NCBI GenBank assembly: GCA_040220235.1
Contig: JAVJTO010000071.1
Strand: one strand, 5' to 3'
Length of the DNA stretch: 64,000 nt
Source: Coleofasciculus sp. B1-GNL1-01
GTDB lineage: Bacteria; Cyanobacteriota; Cyanobacteriia; Cyanobacteriales; Coleofasciculaceae
The notes under the pieces are model-generated. The model was not told the origin of the DNA. It searched no databases and was given only the letters and a program-made list of their open reading frames with translations. This document shows positions 1 through 9,379 of the stretch, piece by piece. Numbering within the stretch: the first letter of the stretch is position 1; each line of letters starts with the position of its first letter. Both the position numbers and the translations under genes were made by a program.

Positions 1-35
1 TTGATCTATGTCGTTTGTCTTTTTAAGAAGAGTGG

Positions 36-593
36 CTAATAATAGCTCTTGATTGTGGAAAAATCTGTTGTCCCCTCACCACAAGCTAATTCACCATTTT
101 GATAGGTGGGTAAAAGGGGTATGGTTGGACCCGATATATTAGCTTCACAGATAATCGCCAGCATGGTCATTTCATTCGATGAAGCATCAGACTCAACTTC
201 ATTTAGGGAAACGGAAAAAACACCACCTACATAACTAGGAACATCTTTATCGTGAGATATTACATAGTTAAATGCAGCCTTGTCAGTTATTCGAGTTGAT
301 AATAAATAGTGTTCGGTCTCAGGCTGAACACCCAAACCTAAGTCTTCAAAATCTTTGCTAAATTTTTTTTCTTCCAAATAGTAACCTTGCTGAGCGCGGT
401 TCATGGAACCTACCATTGTAGGTTCCTCAAAATTTCTACTGTAAGTAGCTTGGTCAGGGACGAAAACTTTGAACATAACCCAAATAAAAACCAATCCGGA
501 CAGTGGTAGTAATATGGGAAAGCATCCTAAACCAGTTGATTGATTTGTAGATTTCCTGTCCATAGCATTACTGGTTGAACTCAACATCTTCAT
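36..593 (-). CDS. Type IV pilin-like G/H family protein
   Basis: N-terminal hydrophobic helix; GSMNRAQQGYYLEEKKF and SYVGGVF...AIICE motifs typical of cyanobacterial Pilin_GH proteins. Confidence 0.75.
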   Translation of the reverse strand: MKMLSSTSNAMDRKSTNQSTGLGCFPILLPLSGLVFIWVMFKVFVPDQATYSRNFEEPTMVGSMNRAQQGYYLEEKKFSKDFEDLGLGVQPETEHYLLSTRITDKAAFNYVISHDKDVPSYVGGVFSVSLNEVESDASSNEMTMLAIICEANISGPTIPLLPTYQNGELACGEGTTDFSTIKSYY

Positions 594-685
594 TAAATCA
601 GATGAGTTCCCGAGATGTGGACTGATAACTGTCTGTGTAATTAAGCCATCACTAATAGGTTTTAATATCTATCTTACTTTCACAA

Positions 686-2524
686 CTACTGAACTAATTT
701 GCGAATTTTACCATAAGCAATATAGGAACCTCCCTGGGGATTTTCTTTCACCTCATCAACTACATATAACATGCCTTCCTCTCGAATAGTGCGCGGAAAA
801 CGGATATTGTAGTCAGGATTATAGCCATCAGAAACAACTCTGGCTCGCAGTTTTTTCCCGTCCTTGATACACTGAACTAGAACCCCATCTCCCACCGTAT
901 CTGTGGTTTCTAAATCAGCCGCCGTTCCTTGGGCTTTAGCGGTTTGTAATTGTTTAGCTTGGCGGGTTTTTTGAGTGGATGCTTTTTCTTCACCCGGTTT
1001 AACCAGGCGGCGAATGGTTCCTGAGGCGCGATAAAATGTGCCATTAGCAGAAGGAGTAATTTCATCCACGACATAGGTGACACCTTGTTCGCGGATACTG
1101 CGGGGAAACTGCACGTTGAAATCCGGATTATATCCCTCAGAAATAACCCGCACTCGTAGCTTACCTCCAACCCGTTCACATTTGACTAAAACACCACTGT
1201 CGGGATTCGTCGTTACCTCTAACCCACTAGCAGCACCTGCTGTGGTTCCCCGGAATTTTAAATCTTCGCGATCGCGGGTTTGGGTTTGATAGGATTGATC
1301 GCGCATTTCTTTGCGAATTGCCCGGTCAAATCGTCGATTTTCTAAACATTGGGCATAGTAGTCCAGTTGGGCTATTTCTTCGGCAATGTCAAAGAATTCG
1401 TCTAATGTCTTGCGTTTGAGTTCCTCAATCGTTTCCCGCAGCTTAACCACCGCTTGTTGAAAATCTCCTTTGTCCGCCAGGGAAACGGCTTCATCTTTTA
1501 ATTTGGCAATTCTTAACTGAGAGGTTTGTTCCAAGACTTGCGGATCAGGCTGGACGTCTTTGGCTTGTGCTTCTGAACCGACGGTTAAGGTAATGGAAAA
1601 CTGATTGCTAATGTCTTGGATACTGCCTTCGACAATGGTTTGATAGTCATACGTCACTGTAGCAATTGTCGTCGTTCCCGATTGCGATCGCGGGGACACG
1701 GTTAAGGGAATTGCTAAGGGCTTTTGTTCAACGCCATACACATCCCCCAAGACAACCTCTACCGTATTACCCACTTGGGAAAACCGATAATTATTGAGAA
1801 TCTCGCCAACCTCAACAAATTCTTCTGGTTGTAGCCTCACCCTGAGATTTTGCGCCACAACTGACACCAGACTTTCCATCTCAATGTCAAACACTTGGGA
1901 GGCATCATCGGGAGACTGAATGAAATAGAAATTCCCCCGGGCAGCCTTTGCCATGTTAATCAGTAAATCTTCGTTAAAATTATTACCAAATCCTAAGGTT
2001 GTGGTAACAATATCCGCTTCTGCTTTTTCTAAGGCTGTTTTCGTCAGCACTTGCGGATCTTTAATCCCATAATTTGCCAATCCATCAGTTAAGAGTAAGA
2101 CACGATTAATCCGTTCCGGGCTTTGGTTGGCTTGAACTTGAGTACATCCCAACAACCAGCCGCCACTTAAGTTAGTGCAACCCCCGGCGCGAATTTTGCC
2201 AATTTTAGTTTTCAGGGCGGCTTTATCGCTAACTAATGCTGGGGGAATAATCACCTCGGCGGTGTCATCGTAAATCACTACCGAAACAAAATCATCGGGG
2301 GTGAGATGATCAATAAGATTTTGGGCGGCTTGAATGGCATATCGTAGCGGCGTTCCTCCCATTGATCCCGACCGATCTAAGACTAAGCTGAGATTCAGGG
2401 GACGACGAGAGGAGTTCTGCTGATTCAACTCCGAGCCTTGAAAGCTAATCAGTAAGTCTACGGTTGAGGGACTGTCTGCGGCAATTAACGATTGACTGAG
2501 GGTGTAACTGGCTTTCATATCCAC
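686..2524 (-). CDS. VWA domain protein with duplicated C-terminal ~65-aa domain
   Basis: MIDAS motif VLDRSGSM, GGCTNLSGG, LLLTDGLAN; two copies of GVLVxC..GxKLRxRVxSxGYNPDxNxxFPRxIRExGxxYVVDE. Confidence 0.9.
   Translation of the reverse strand: MDMKASYTLSQSLIAADSPSTVDLLISFQGSELNQQNSSRRPLNLSLVLDRSGSMGGTPLRYAIQAAQNLIDHLTPDDFVSVVIYDDTAEVIIPPALVSDKAALKTKIGKIRAGGCTNLSGGWLLGCTQVQANQSPERINRVLLLTDGLANYGIKDPQVLTKTALEKAEADIVTTTLGFGNNFNEDLLINMAKAARGNFYFIQSPDDASQVFDIEMESLVSVVAQNLRVRLQPEEFVEVGEILNNYRFSQVGNTVEVVLGDVYGVEQKPLAIPLTVSPRSQSGTTTIATVTYDYQTIVEGSIQDISNQFSITLTVGSEAQAKDVQPDPQVLEQTSQLRIAKLKDEAVSLADKGDFQQAVVKLRETIEELKRKTLDEFFDIAEEIAQLDYYAQCLENRRFDRAIRKEMRDQSYQTQTRDREDLKFRGTTAGAASGLEVTTNPDSGVLVKCERVGGKLRVRVISEGYNPDFNVQFPRSIREQGVTYVVDEITPSANGTFYRASGTIRRLVKPGEEKASTQKTRQAKQLQTAKAQGTAADLETTDTVGDGVLVQCIKDGKKLRARVVSDGYNPDYNIRFPRTIREEGMLYVVDEVKENPQGGSYIAYGKIRKLVQ
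1268..1275. repeat. HIP1 octamer GCGATCGC (one example; dozens across the window)
   Basis: Recurs throughout, e.g. near 1684, 4298, 7090, 8033, 27772, 39549; established cyanobacterial signature. Confidence 0.95.
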
Positions 2525-2597
2525 CGATTGGCATTAAAGGTTTAGATGACATTATTTCATTTTAGTTTAACTAATTAAAAACAAGGGCTGGGATGTC

Positions 2598-2725
2598 ATA
2601 CCAAGTTGCAGTCTAATGTAGAACTTTCTTTTTCTCCCTATCTCCCTATCTCCCTATCTCCCCCTCACCCTCTCACCCTCTCACCCCATCTACTCTATCT
2701 GCTATCTTTGAACGCAACTTGGTAT
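2598..2725. repeat. MITE-like element with 12-bp terminal inverted repeats
   Basis: ATACCAAGTTGC (2598) ... GCAACTTGGTAT (ends 2725) enclosing TCTCCCTA/TCTCACCC tandem repeats. Confidence 0.6.
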
Positions 2726-2760
2726 CAGGGAGACGTTCCCAGGGAATGTCTCTACCGTTG

Positions 2761-5016
2761 TTAATCTTCGTCATCGTCATAAATGAAATCGGGCGGCGGT
2801 GGAATATCGGGAACGAGTTCAATTGTCATTCCTTGTTCAAACATGCAGGAATCTATATCCTCTTCGTCTAAGATTACCTCCCGATGCGCCCAAGCTAAAC
2901 CTTGATTGGGAAGTTTTATTTCTATCCAGCCGCCTTTGGTTTGTTTGCCTGTGATTGGGACTTGTTCTCTAGTTAAATAGGTAATCACATTATCGCGAAA
3001 TGATGCTGGGTCAGAACGAACATTTCCGGTAACAATCACTGAACAAGTGGCAGGTTCGGGCGATGGTTTAGGTTCAGGAGAGGGAGAAGGCGATGGGGAG
3101 GGACTGGAAGTAGCACCGTTGGGGGATTTTGTCGCTGTGGGAGAAGTAGTTGGTGATGATACAACGGTATCCGTTGCATCGGTTGACGGTTGTACGGCGG
3201 CACGATTAAATAAACTAATCAGTAGAGCTAATGTAGCTAAACCGCCACCAATTCCTGCCCAAAGGAGGAGTTTATTGGAGGATTTAGAAACGGCGGGTTC
3301 AGGATTTAAGAAATTGCTAAGATTTGATGATACTTGAACGCCAGAAGTCGGTTCGGTTTCCGGTTCGTCTGGCGTTTGCATATACCATTCGGGGATAGAA
3401 TTGGGTTTTAATGAGAGTCGATCAGGTTGATTGTTATTGGATGCCGTTGACTCTTGGGTTGGTTCAGGATTAATGGAGTCAAAGGTGGATGAGGGCGCGA
3501 TCGCACTCTCCTGTTGTGGCGATGGAACCTCTGGCGGTGTGGAGGCGTAGACGGGTGGTGCTGTGGGATCAAGGGGTTGGTTGGCTGGGACAGTATCTTC
3601 TAGTTGGGGTGATACTTCCATCGGTGTGGATGACGGGATAGGGGGTGCTGAGGAATCAAGGGGTTGGTTGGCTGAGACACTATCCTCGGCTTCAGGTGAC
3701 ACTTCCCCAGGTTTAGAGGCTGACACAGGGGGTGCTGTGGGTTCAACGGATTGAGTCGGTGGAACGTTATCCCCGGATTGGGGTAACATCTCTCTCGGTG
3801 TGGAGGCGTCGCTGGTTTCTTCTTGATCTCGTTGATCCCGAATGAGTGAAACAGAACGCCGACTGAGAGAGTCTCGAATGTCTGTTCCGCCGCGTCTTTC
3901 CATATCGGAATCACTGTCGAGATTCGGTTGGGACGCCAAGCGAGATTGCTTTTGGGATAGGATTATTTCTTCGGTGTCTTTAATATCTTGATCTCTCAAT
4001 CCTAAAGACTGTTGCAAATCTTTTAAGAGTTTACGAGACTTGGGATTAAGTGAATTATCGGCTCGGAAAACTTCCCGAAACGCTTGTTTATATCGCTGTA
4101 ATTTTTCCTGATACTCGCGATAGGGAGTTAACACTTGGGCTTCTATCGCCGCACAATCGGCTGGAGTGAGATGTAGACTTTGGGCTAATGTATCCAGAGC
4201 CGAACGACCCCCAACAGAAATTTCACCCCCTCTAATCCAGCGCTGTGCTTCTTTACGATACTTTAAGGTGAGACGATTTAGGGGGACTTGACTCAGGGCG
4301 ATCGCTTGATAGGGTTCGCTAGCATATAATCTAGGTTTTAAAGCGGGAGCAACGATTTTAAGCTGCTGAGAAACATAGTCATGAAGTTCCTTGACACAAA
4401 TCCAATCATCGTGATTGCGATCGGCGAGTCCTGTTGCGAGTCCTTCGATTAAGTAACGAGTGTAATCCGAGGGTTGAGAGGATTTGGATTGGTTAAAATA
4501 GGGAATGGAACTAAAACAGCTTAGAAACGCCCACTTTTCACCCGTCAGTTGTTGTTTTATCCCGCCTTCATTATAGTCGTTTGCGGTTATTTCCCAATCC
4601 AAAATATTGCTACAATAACCGTCGATAATCACAATATTCTGCGGACAGGGACTGTTGCTAAGTATATCCTGGATTAAACAAGCTGGAACAACGGTTGCCT
4701 TAACTAATTCTTTTTGCGAATGCTCATCGCTCATGCGAGTGGCAGTGATGCTAGTTCCTAAATATACAGTATCGTGATAATCTTGGATACATTGACCCGA
4801 AAAAAATAGCAACACTACATCTTCCTCGCCACGCTTACTCAACAGCGTTTCGAGAGTTTCCCGCATCACGGGAGGATTCGGATTGATCAGCGTTTCTATC
4901 TCGTCAAAAGAATACTGCAAAACACGTTGCATCGCTTCAACAGCGTTAACGGCTCCGGGTACGGGGTGAAAACCATAGCCGTACTCACTTACCCCAATCA
5001 GCAATGCTATTTTCAC
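2761..5016 (-). CDS. Degenerate caspase-like (peptidase C14) domain protein with Pro-rich linker, TM helix and C-terminal SH3-like domain
   Basis: KIALLIGVSEY start; FSGQC and IIDGYCS where SGHG and LDCC are expected; three ~29-aa Pro-rich repeats; TM LLLWAGIGGGLATLALLISLF; NVRSDP...GWIEI...AW SH3-like pattern. Confidence 0.75.
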   Translation of the reverse strand: MKIALLIGVSEYGYGFHPVPGAVNAVEAMQRVLQYSFDEIETLINPNPPVMRETLETLLSKRGEEDVVLLFFSGQCIQDYHDTVYLGTSITATRMSDEHSQKELVKATVVPACLIQDILSNSPCPQNIVIIDGYCSNILDWEITANDYNEGGIKQQLTGEKWAFLSCFSSIPYFNQSKSSQPSDYTRYLIEGLATGLADRNHDDWICVKELHDYVSQQLKIVAPALKPRLYASEPYQAIALSQVPLNRLTLKYRKEAQRWIRGGEISVGGRSALDTLAQSLHLTPADCAAIEAQVLTPYREYQEKLQRYKQAFREVFRADNSLNPKSRKLLKDLQQSLGLRDQDIKDTEEIILSQKQSRLASQPNLDSDSDMERRGGTDIRDSLSRRSVSLIRDQRDQEETSDASTPREMLPQSGDNVPPTQSVEPTAPPVSASKPGEVSPEAEDSVSANQPLDSSAPPIPSSTPMEVSPQLEDTVPANQPLDPTAPPVYASTPPEVPSPQQESAIAPSSTFDSINPEPTQESTASNNNQPDRLSLKPNSIPEWYMQTPDEPETEPTSGVQVSSNLSNFLNPEPAVSKSSNKLLLWAGIGGGLATLALLISLFNRAAVQPSTDATDTVVSSPTTSPTATKSPNGATSSPSPSPSPSPEPKPSPEPATCSVIVTGNVRSDPASFRDNVITYLTREQVPITGKQTKGGWIEIKLPNQGLAWAHREVILDEEDIDSCMFEQGMTIELVPDIPPPPDFIYDDDED

Positions 5017-5799
5017 AACTGGTGATTCCCTAGACTGCTACAACGTTTTGTGCTGCCTAAATTACTACCTTCAAGATTTTTTCAGGCAATTAGTGACCCT
5101 AAGTTGGAAGTCACTTGCCTGACTAAGCGGTTGTACATTTTATCTGCTATTGTTATGGGTTTTGTCCGTTATTGCGGAATCAACTGACCCTGTCCTTACC
5201 CTGCAAACAGCCAGGATGTCAAGGCAGACCTTGAAATGTGTGTTAGCTTAGACTCTTGATGGTTGTCGTTGAGTACACCCTCTTTAAACCTTTACTTCTG
5301 TTAAATCCGGATAGACAGGCAGATATCTACCGAAAGGCTAATTTTTTGGGTCTATTTACAAACCTATACATTGATCGTAAACTATATTTTTTTATGTGGC
5401 TACTCTGGCTTTTTTTCTTGTGGCTAGAGTTTGTGGCAATTTGATAGCCAAAATCAAATCCCCCAAGACCATTTATCCAGTTGTTAAATGGTTTCAGACA
5501 TTTACCAGGTATCCAGGTAGGGGGCATATTAGGTTAGAGTCATAAAAATCACCCGATTGGTAGACTCCGGAGATAAAAAAATGTCCCTATTAATTTTTGA
5601 TCAGAGTGTAATTAGGGGGTGCTGAATAAGTGTTGTGGTGAGGGGAAGCTGGGGGATCTGGGGGAGCAAGGGCACATTTTTCCTGAGCAAGGTGATGCCA
5701 TACTTATGAAGAATACTACCCGATTTGCTTGAATCAAACTCTCTGTCAATAAAGCTCAAAGTATTGATGGCTAATGGTTTTGGCTTTGTGCAGCAAGCC

Positions 5800-7950
5800 C
5801 TAAGTATCTTGCTTAAGTACAACTAACGTAATATCGTCAAAAACCTTTTGTTTGCCAATAAATTGCCGCACATCATCAATAATCGCATCTTTAATGGCTT
5901 CGGCGGATTTATCCCAGTTTTGACAAATCACATCACACAATCGATCTAACCCGTATTGTTCATTCTCCATATTTTCAGCTTCAGGAATACCATCGGTGTA
6001 AAGGACAATGCTGTCACCGGGATTTAATTCAATTAACGCCCGATCAATAAAATCAGCAATTTCATCATCTAAGGCGATCGGAAATCCCAAATCCATGGTA
6101 TCAATTCGTTCAATAATTCCCCCAGCACGCACCACGATAGATTCTTCATGTTGACCACTGATACTAACTTTGCCATCGGTATAGTTGAGAATGGCTAAGG
6201 TCAAGTTGCGATCCGAATTCATCCGTTGCACATTTTTGTAAAGCGTGCGGTTGAGGGTATCCAGAAACTTAACGGGATCACGTTCCCGAATTTCATCGAG
6301 GGTGCGAACAACGGTTTGGGTCATCATCATTAAAATACCACTTTCTAACCCATGTCCGGTTACATCGCCAATGCCAATGGTGACGACATTATCCGTGCAG
6401 AGGATGTCATAGTAATCGCCGCCAACTTCATCAGCCGGTTCCATAAACCCAGCCAGATCTAATCCTTCAATGGCTTCTAATTCCTCAGACGTGGGCAGGA
6501 TCATATATTGCAGTTGACGGGCGACATCAAGTTCGGCACTCATCCGCAGGTTTTCGGCTTTGAGTTTTTCGTTGAGTTGACTAATTTCCTCATTCGCTTG
6601 GGCGAGTTCAGCGGTGCGTTCTTTAACTTTATCTTCTAAGTTATGGGCATAATCTTCTAATTTCTGATAGGAAATCATCAGATTTTGCCACAAAACCTGA
6701 CCGACGCTCAAGGTAGCCGCAACAACTACGGCTAATAAAGGCGTAAACACAGGAACTAACCAACCGTAGAGAAAAGCAAAATAGGAACTGGCAACAATAA
6801 TTCCTACCGCGATCAATAACCCACCAAGCGTTAGCCAGCGTCGGTGGATATAGAATGAGCCAAGGGTGGCACTGTATCCTGACCAAACAACAATCAGTAG
6901 CCAGTGTATGGGTTTCGTGGTTGCCCGTAACATCGGACGCCCTGATAGAGCGGCGCTGAGAATCTGACTGGTGATATTCGCATGGATGACCACACCGGGC
7001 ATTAAATCCGTGGAGACAGCTAGATTGCTATTATAAGGGGTGAGATAGTTATCATTAAGACTAGGCGCTTTTGCCCCAATCAAAACGATGCGATCGCGGA
7101 AGAAGTTTGCTGGGATGCGGTTCTCCAAGACATCGGTCATGGAAATATTCGGAAAGCGATCCAGTCCGCCGCGATAGTTCATCAGGATTTGATACCAACC
7201 CAAATCCGATTCTTTGTAGAATCCATCATTTTTACTCAGGGGAATAAAGGTGGCTTTTCCTAAACCGAAGATTTGTTTGTCAGGATTGATCGCTTCCAAT
7301 TCAATCCCTTGGTCGGCTAAATAGTCTAAAGCCAGTTTTACACTAAAGCCTTGCATTAAACCACTTTCAGCTTCACCGAGGACAAGAGCGCGGCGATTTT
7401 TGCCATCGTTATCCAGGAACAGATCGTTAGCCCCCATTTGATCTTTATCGGCTAATGTGGGTGGCGGGTCGATGGTATCTCCGGCAATTTTGGTAATTCC
7501 AATGAGGTTTGGGGTGGTTTTAAACACCTCAACTAGGTCTTCATATCCCGGTTCTACGGGTAAATCTCGATAAATATCTAACCCGATCACGTTGGGGTTT
7601 TGGGCATTAATAGTCCGGAGCAGTTTTGCCATGACTTGATCGGACATGGGCCACTGCACCACATAATCAATATCTTCTTCATCAATCGTGACGATAGCAA
7701 TTCGCTCATCAACGGGTTCTTGGGGACGCAGGAGAAAGAATTGATCTAAAATCAACCATTCTAAAACCCGAAAAATCCCCAAATAACTGCCAGCAATAAT
7801 GAAACCTGCCACACAAGGCGTAATCAGCAAAACCCCTTGCCAGCGTTGCAATAATGCCTGTAGAGACGTGTCAGGGTTCATCTTAATTGTTGACCCCTCA
7901 CCTTGTTCAATGGCTTGATTTTCCGTCTTGGTTAATGAGTCATCACTCAT
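5800..7950 (-). CDS. CHASE2 sensor + SpoIIE/PP2C-type phosphatase
   Basis: CHASE2 motifs (IVTIDEED, WP, IGLDIYRDLP, PGVVIHA), 3 TM helices, coiled coil, VGGDYYD, IGDVTGHG, LYTDG, DDIT. Confidence 0.93.
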   Translation of the reverse strand: MSDDSLTKTENQAIEQGEGSTIKMNPDTSLQALLQRWQGVLLITPCVAGFIIAGSYLGIFRVLEWLILDQFFLLRPQEPVDERIAIVTIDEEDIDYVVQWPMSDQVMAKLLRTINAQNPNVIGLDIYRDLPVEPGYEDLVEVFKTTPNLIGITKIAGDTIDPPPTLADKDQMGANDLFLDNDGKNRRALVLGEAESGLMQGFSVKLALDYLADQGIELEAINPDKQIFGLGKATFIPLSKNDGFYKESDLGWYQILMNYRGGLDRFPNISMTDVLENRIPANFFRDRIVLIGAKAPSLNDNYLTPYNSNLAVSTDLMPGVVIHANITSQILSAALSGRPMLRATTKPIHWLLIVVWSGYSATLGSFYIHRRWLTLGGLLIAVGIIVASSYFAFLYGWLVPVFTPLLAVVVAATLSVGQVLWQNLMISYQKLEDYAHNLEDKVKERTAELAQANEEISQLNEKLKAENLRMSAELDVARQLQYMILPTSEELEAIEGLDLAGFMEPADEVGGDYYDILCTDNVVTIGIGDVTGHGLESGILMMMTQTVVRTLDEIRERDPVKFLDTLNRTLYKNVQRMNSDRNLTLAILNYTDGKVSISGQHEESIVVRAGGIIERIDTMDLGFPIALDDEIADFIDRALIELNPGDSIVLYTDGIPEAENMENEQYGLDRLCDVICQNWDKSAEAIKDAIIDDVRQFIGKQKVFDDITLVVLKQDT

Positions 7951-8007
7951 GATATGTTCCCCCTGCTCCCAGACGCGCCATGGCGCGTCTCTACATTTCT
8001 CTGTCTT

Positions 8008-9357
8008 CTACTCAAAGGCAAAGGGTTGAGACGCGATCGCTTCCAGGTCAACTTGTTCTAATAAATCGTGCCATTCGGTACTATAGGTTTCATTCATCGG
8101 TTCAGATTGTTGAGCCTCAACTAAAACCTGCAACGTATCATACCAGATCCCTGCCTCGGCATATTTAGTTGCCAGCTTCACAGGAGAGTCCGCAAACTCT
8201 TGCTCATTGACTGTATTTTCAACCCGCTTCACCCATCCCGTCACCGCATAATTATCGGGTCGTAAAATTCCACCCGGTTCAATGGGGGCAAAATACCACA
8301 AATAATTCTTATCGATTTCCAATCCCGGTGTGTCTGGGGGTAGGGTAATCGCCATGACTCCACCTTGGGGAGGGACATTCAATATGGTGTGGTAATGAGA
8401 ATTCCCCGCTTCATCTTGGATACTAAAAAAGACCTTCCGTGCGCCAATAGGAGGTAAATAAACATAGATTGTGGGACGAGGTGAAACCGTGCGTCCATGT
8501 TTCGTCGGCGGAACTAATGCGGTAAGTGCAGGAATGTCACTGACCGGATTTTCTTCTAATGTTTCTACATCCACTGGGGTTGGGGGAACTGAATCTTCAC
8601 TGGGGAGAAATAGTTCAACATCACCTCGGATACCCCCACCAGTGCTGGTATAGGGGTTTTTCCCATCAGCCGGTAAGCTAAACTCCACATCTCCTCTAGT
8701 TCCACCCGCCACACCACTACGGGGTGCGGAACCACCAGGTAAGCTAAATTCCACATCTCCTCTAGTTCCCCCAGCCACACCACTACGGGGTGCAGAACCA
8801 CCCGGTAAAGCAAACTGCACATCTCCCCTGACGCCTCCAGCTACACCACTCTGAGGTGCAGCACCACCCGGTAAAGCAAACTGCACATCTCCTCTAGTTC
8901 CTCCAGCTACGCCACTCCGAGGTGCAGCACCGCCAGGTAAAGCAAACTGTACATCCCCTCTGACGCCTCCAGCCACACCACTACGGGGTGCGGAACCGCC
9001 AGGTAAAGCAAATTGCACATCTCCTCTGACGCCCCCACCAATACCACTACGGGGTGCAGAATCTTGGGGAAGTCCAAACTGCACATCCCCTCTGACACCC
9101 CCACCAACACCCGAACGAGGCGCAGAATCTTGGGGAAGACCAAACTGTACCTGACCTCGTACCCCCCCACCAACAGGGCTTTTCGGAACATTATCGTCGG
9201 GAAGACTGAAGTCTATACTGATCAGGTTATCGTTGATGGGAGGTTCCGACTCTAAGGGGACAAAACGTGCTAAAGCAGCATTAGCTGTTAATACGAAGAC
9301 TGTCCCCGTTACTGTAGCGGATAAGAGAGTTTGGCAGATTGCTGGAGTCATGGTCAA
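8008..9357 (-). CDS. DUF928 protein with signal peptide and expanded N-terminal repeat array
   Basis: Signal peptide ending ANAALA; C-terminal LTALVP...GRTVSPRPTIYVYLP, YLWYF, GWVKRV, YAEAGIWYDTL. Confidence 0.88.
   Translation of the reverse strand: MTMTPAICQTLLSATVTGTVFVLTANAALARFVPLESEPPINDNLISIDFSLPDDNVPKSPVGGGVRGQVQFGLPQDSAPRSGVGGGVRGDVQFGLPQDSAPRSGIGGGVRGDVQFALPGGSAPRSGVAGGVRGDVQFALPGGAAPRSGVAGGTRGDVQFALPGGAAPQSGVAGGVRGDVQFALPGGSAPRSGVAGGTRGDVEFSLPGGSAPRSGVAGGTRGDVEFSLPADGKNPYTSTGGGIRGDVELFLPSEDSVPPTPVDVETLEENPVSDIPALTALVPPTKHGRTVSPRPTIYVYLPPIGARKVFFSIQDEAGNSHYHTILNVPPQGGVMAITLPPDTPGLEIDKNYLWYFAPIEPGGILRPDNYAVTGWVKRVENTVNEQEFADSPVKLATKYAEAGIWYDTLQVLVEAQQSEPMNETYSTEWHDLLEQVDLEAIASQPFAFE
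8600..9220 (-). repeat. Nine tandem ~66-bp (22-aa) coding repeats plus a partial tenth
   Basis: Consensus DVQFALPGGSAPRSGVAGG[VT]RG read directly from the translation. Confidence 0.95.
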
Positions 9358-9379
9358 CTTTCCTTGAATGCTTAATAGC

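Noticed and set aside
5256..5822. Small ORFs between the pseudo-caspase and CHASE2 genes
   Set aside because: No motifs or RBS; partly built from repeats
8600..9220. CRISPR array
   Set aside because: Contiguous in-frame 66-bp units with no unique spacers; no cas genes in the window
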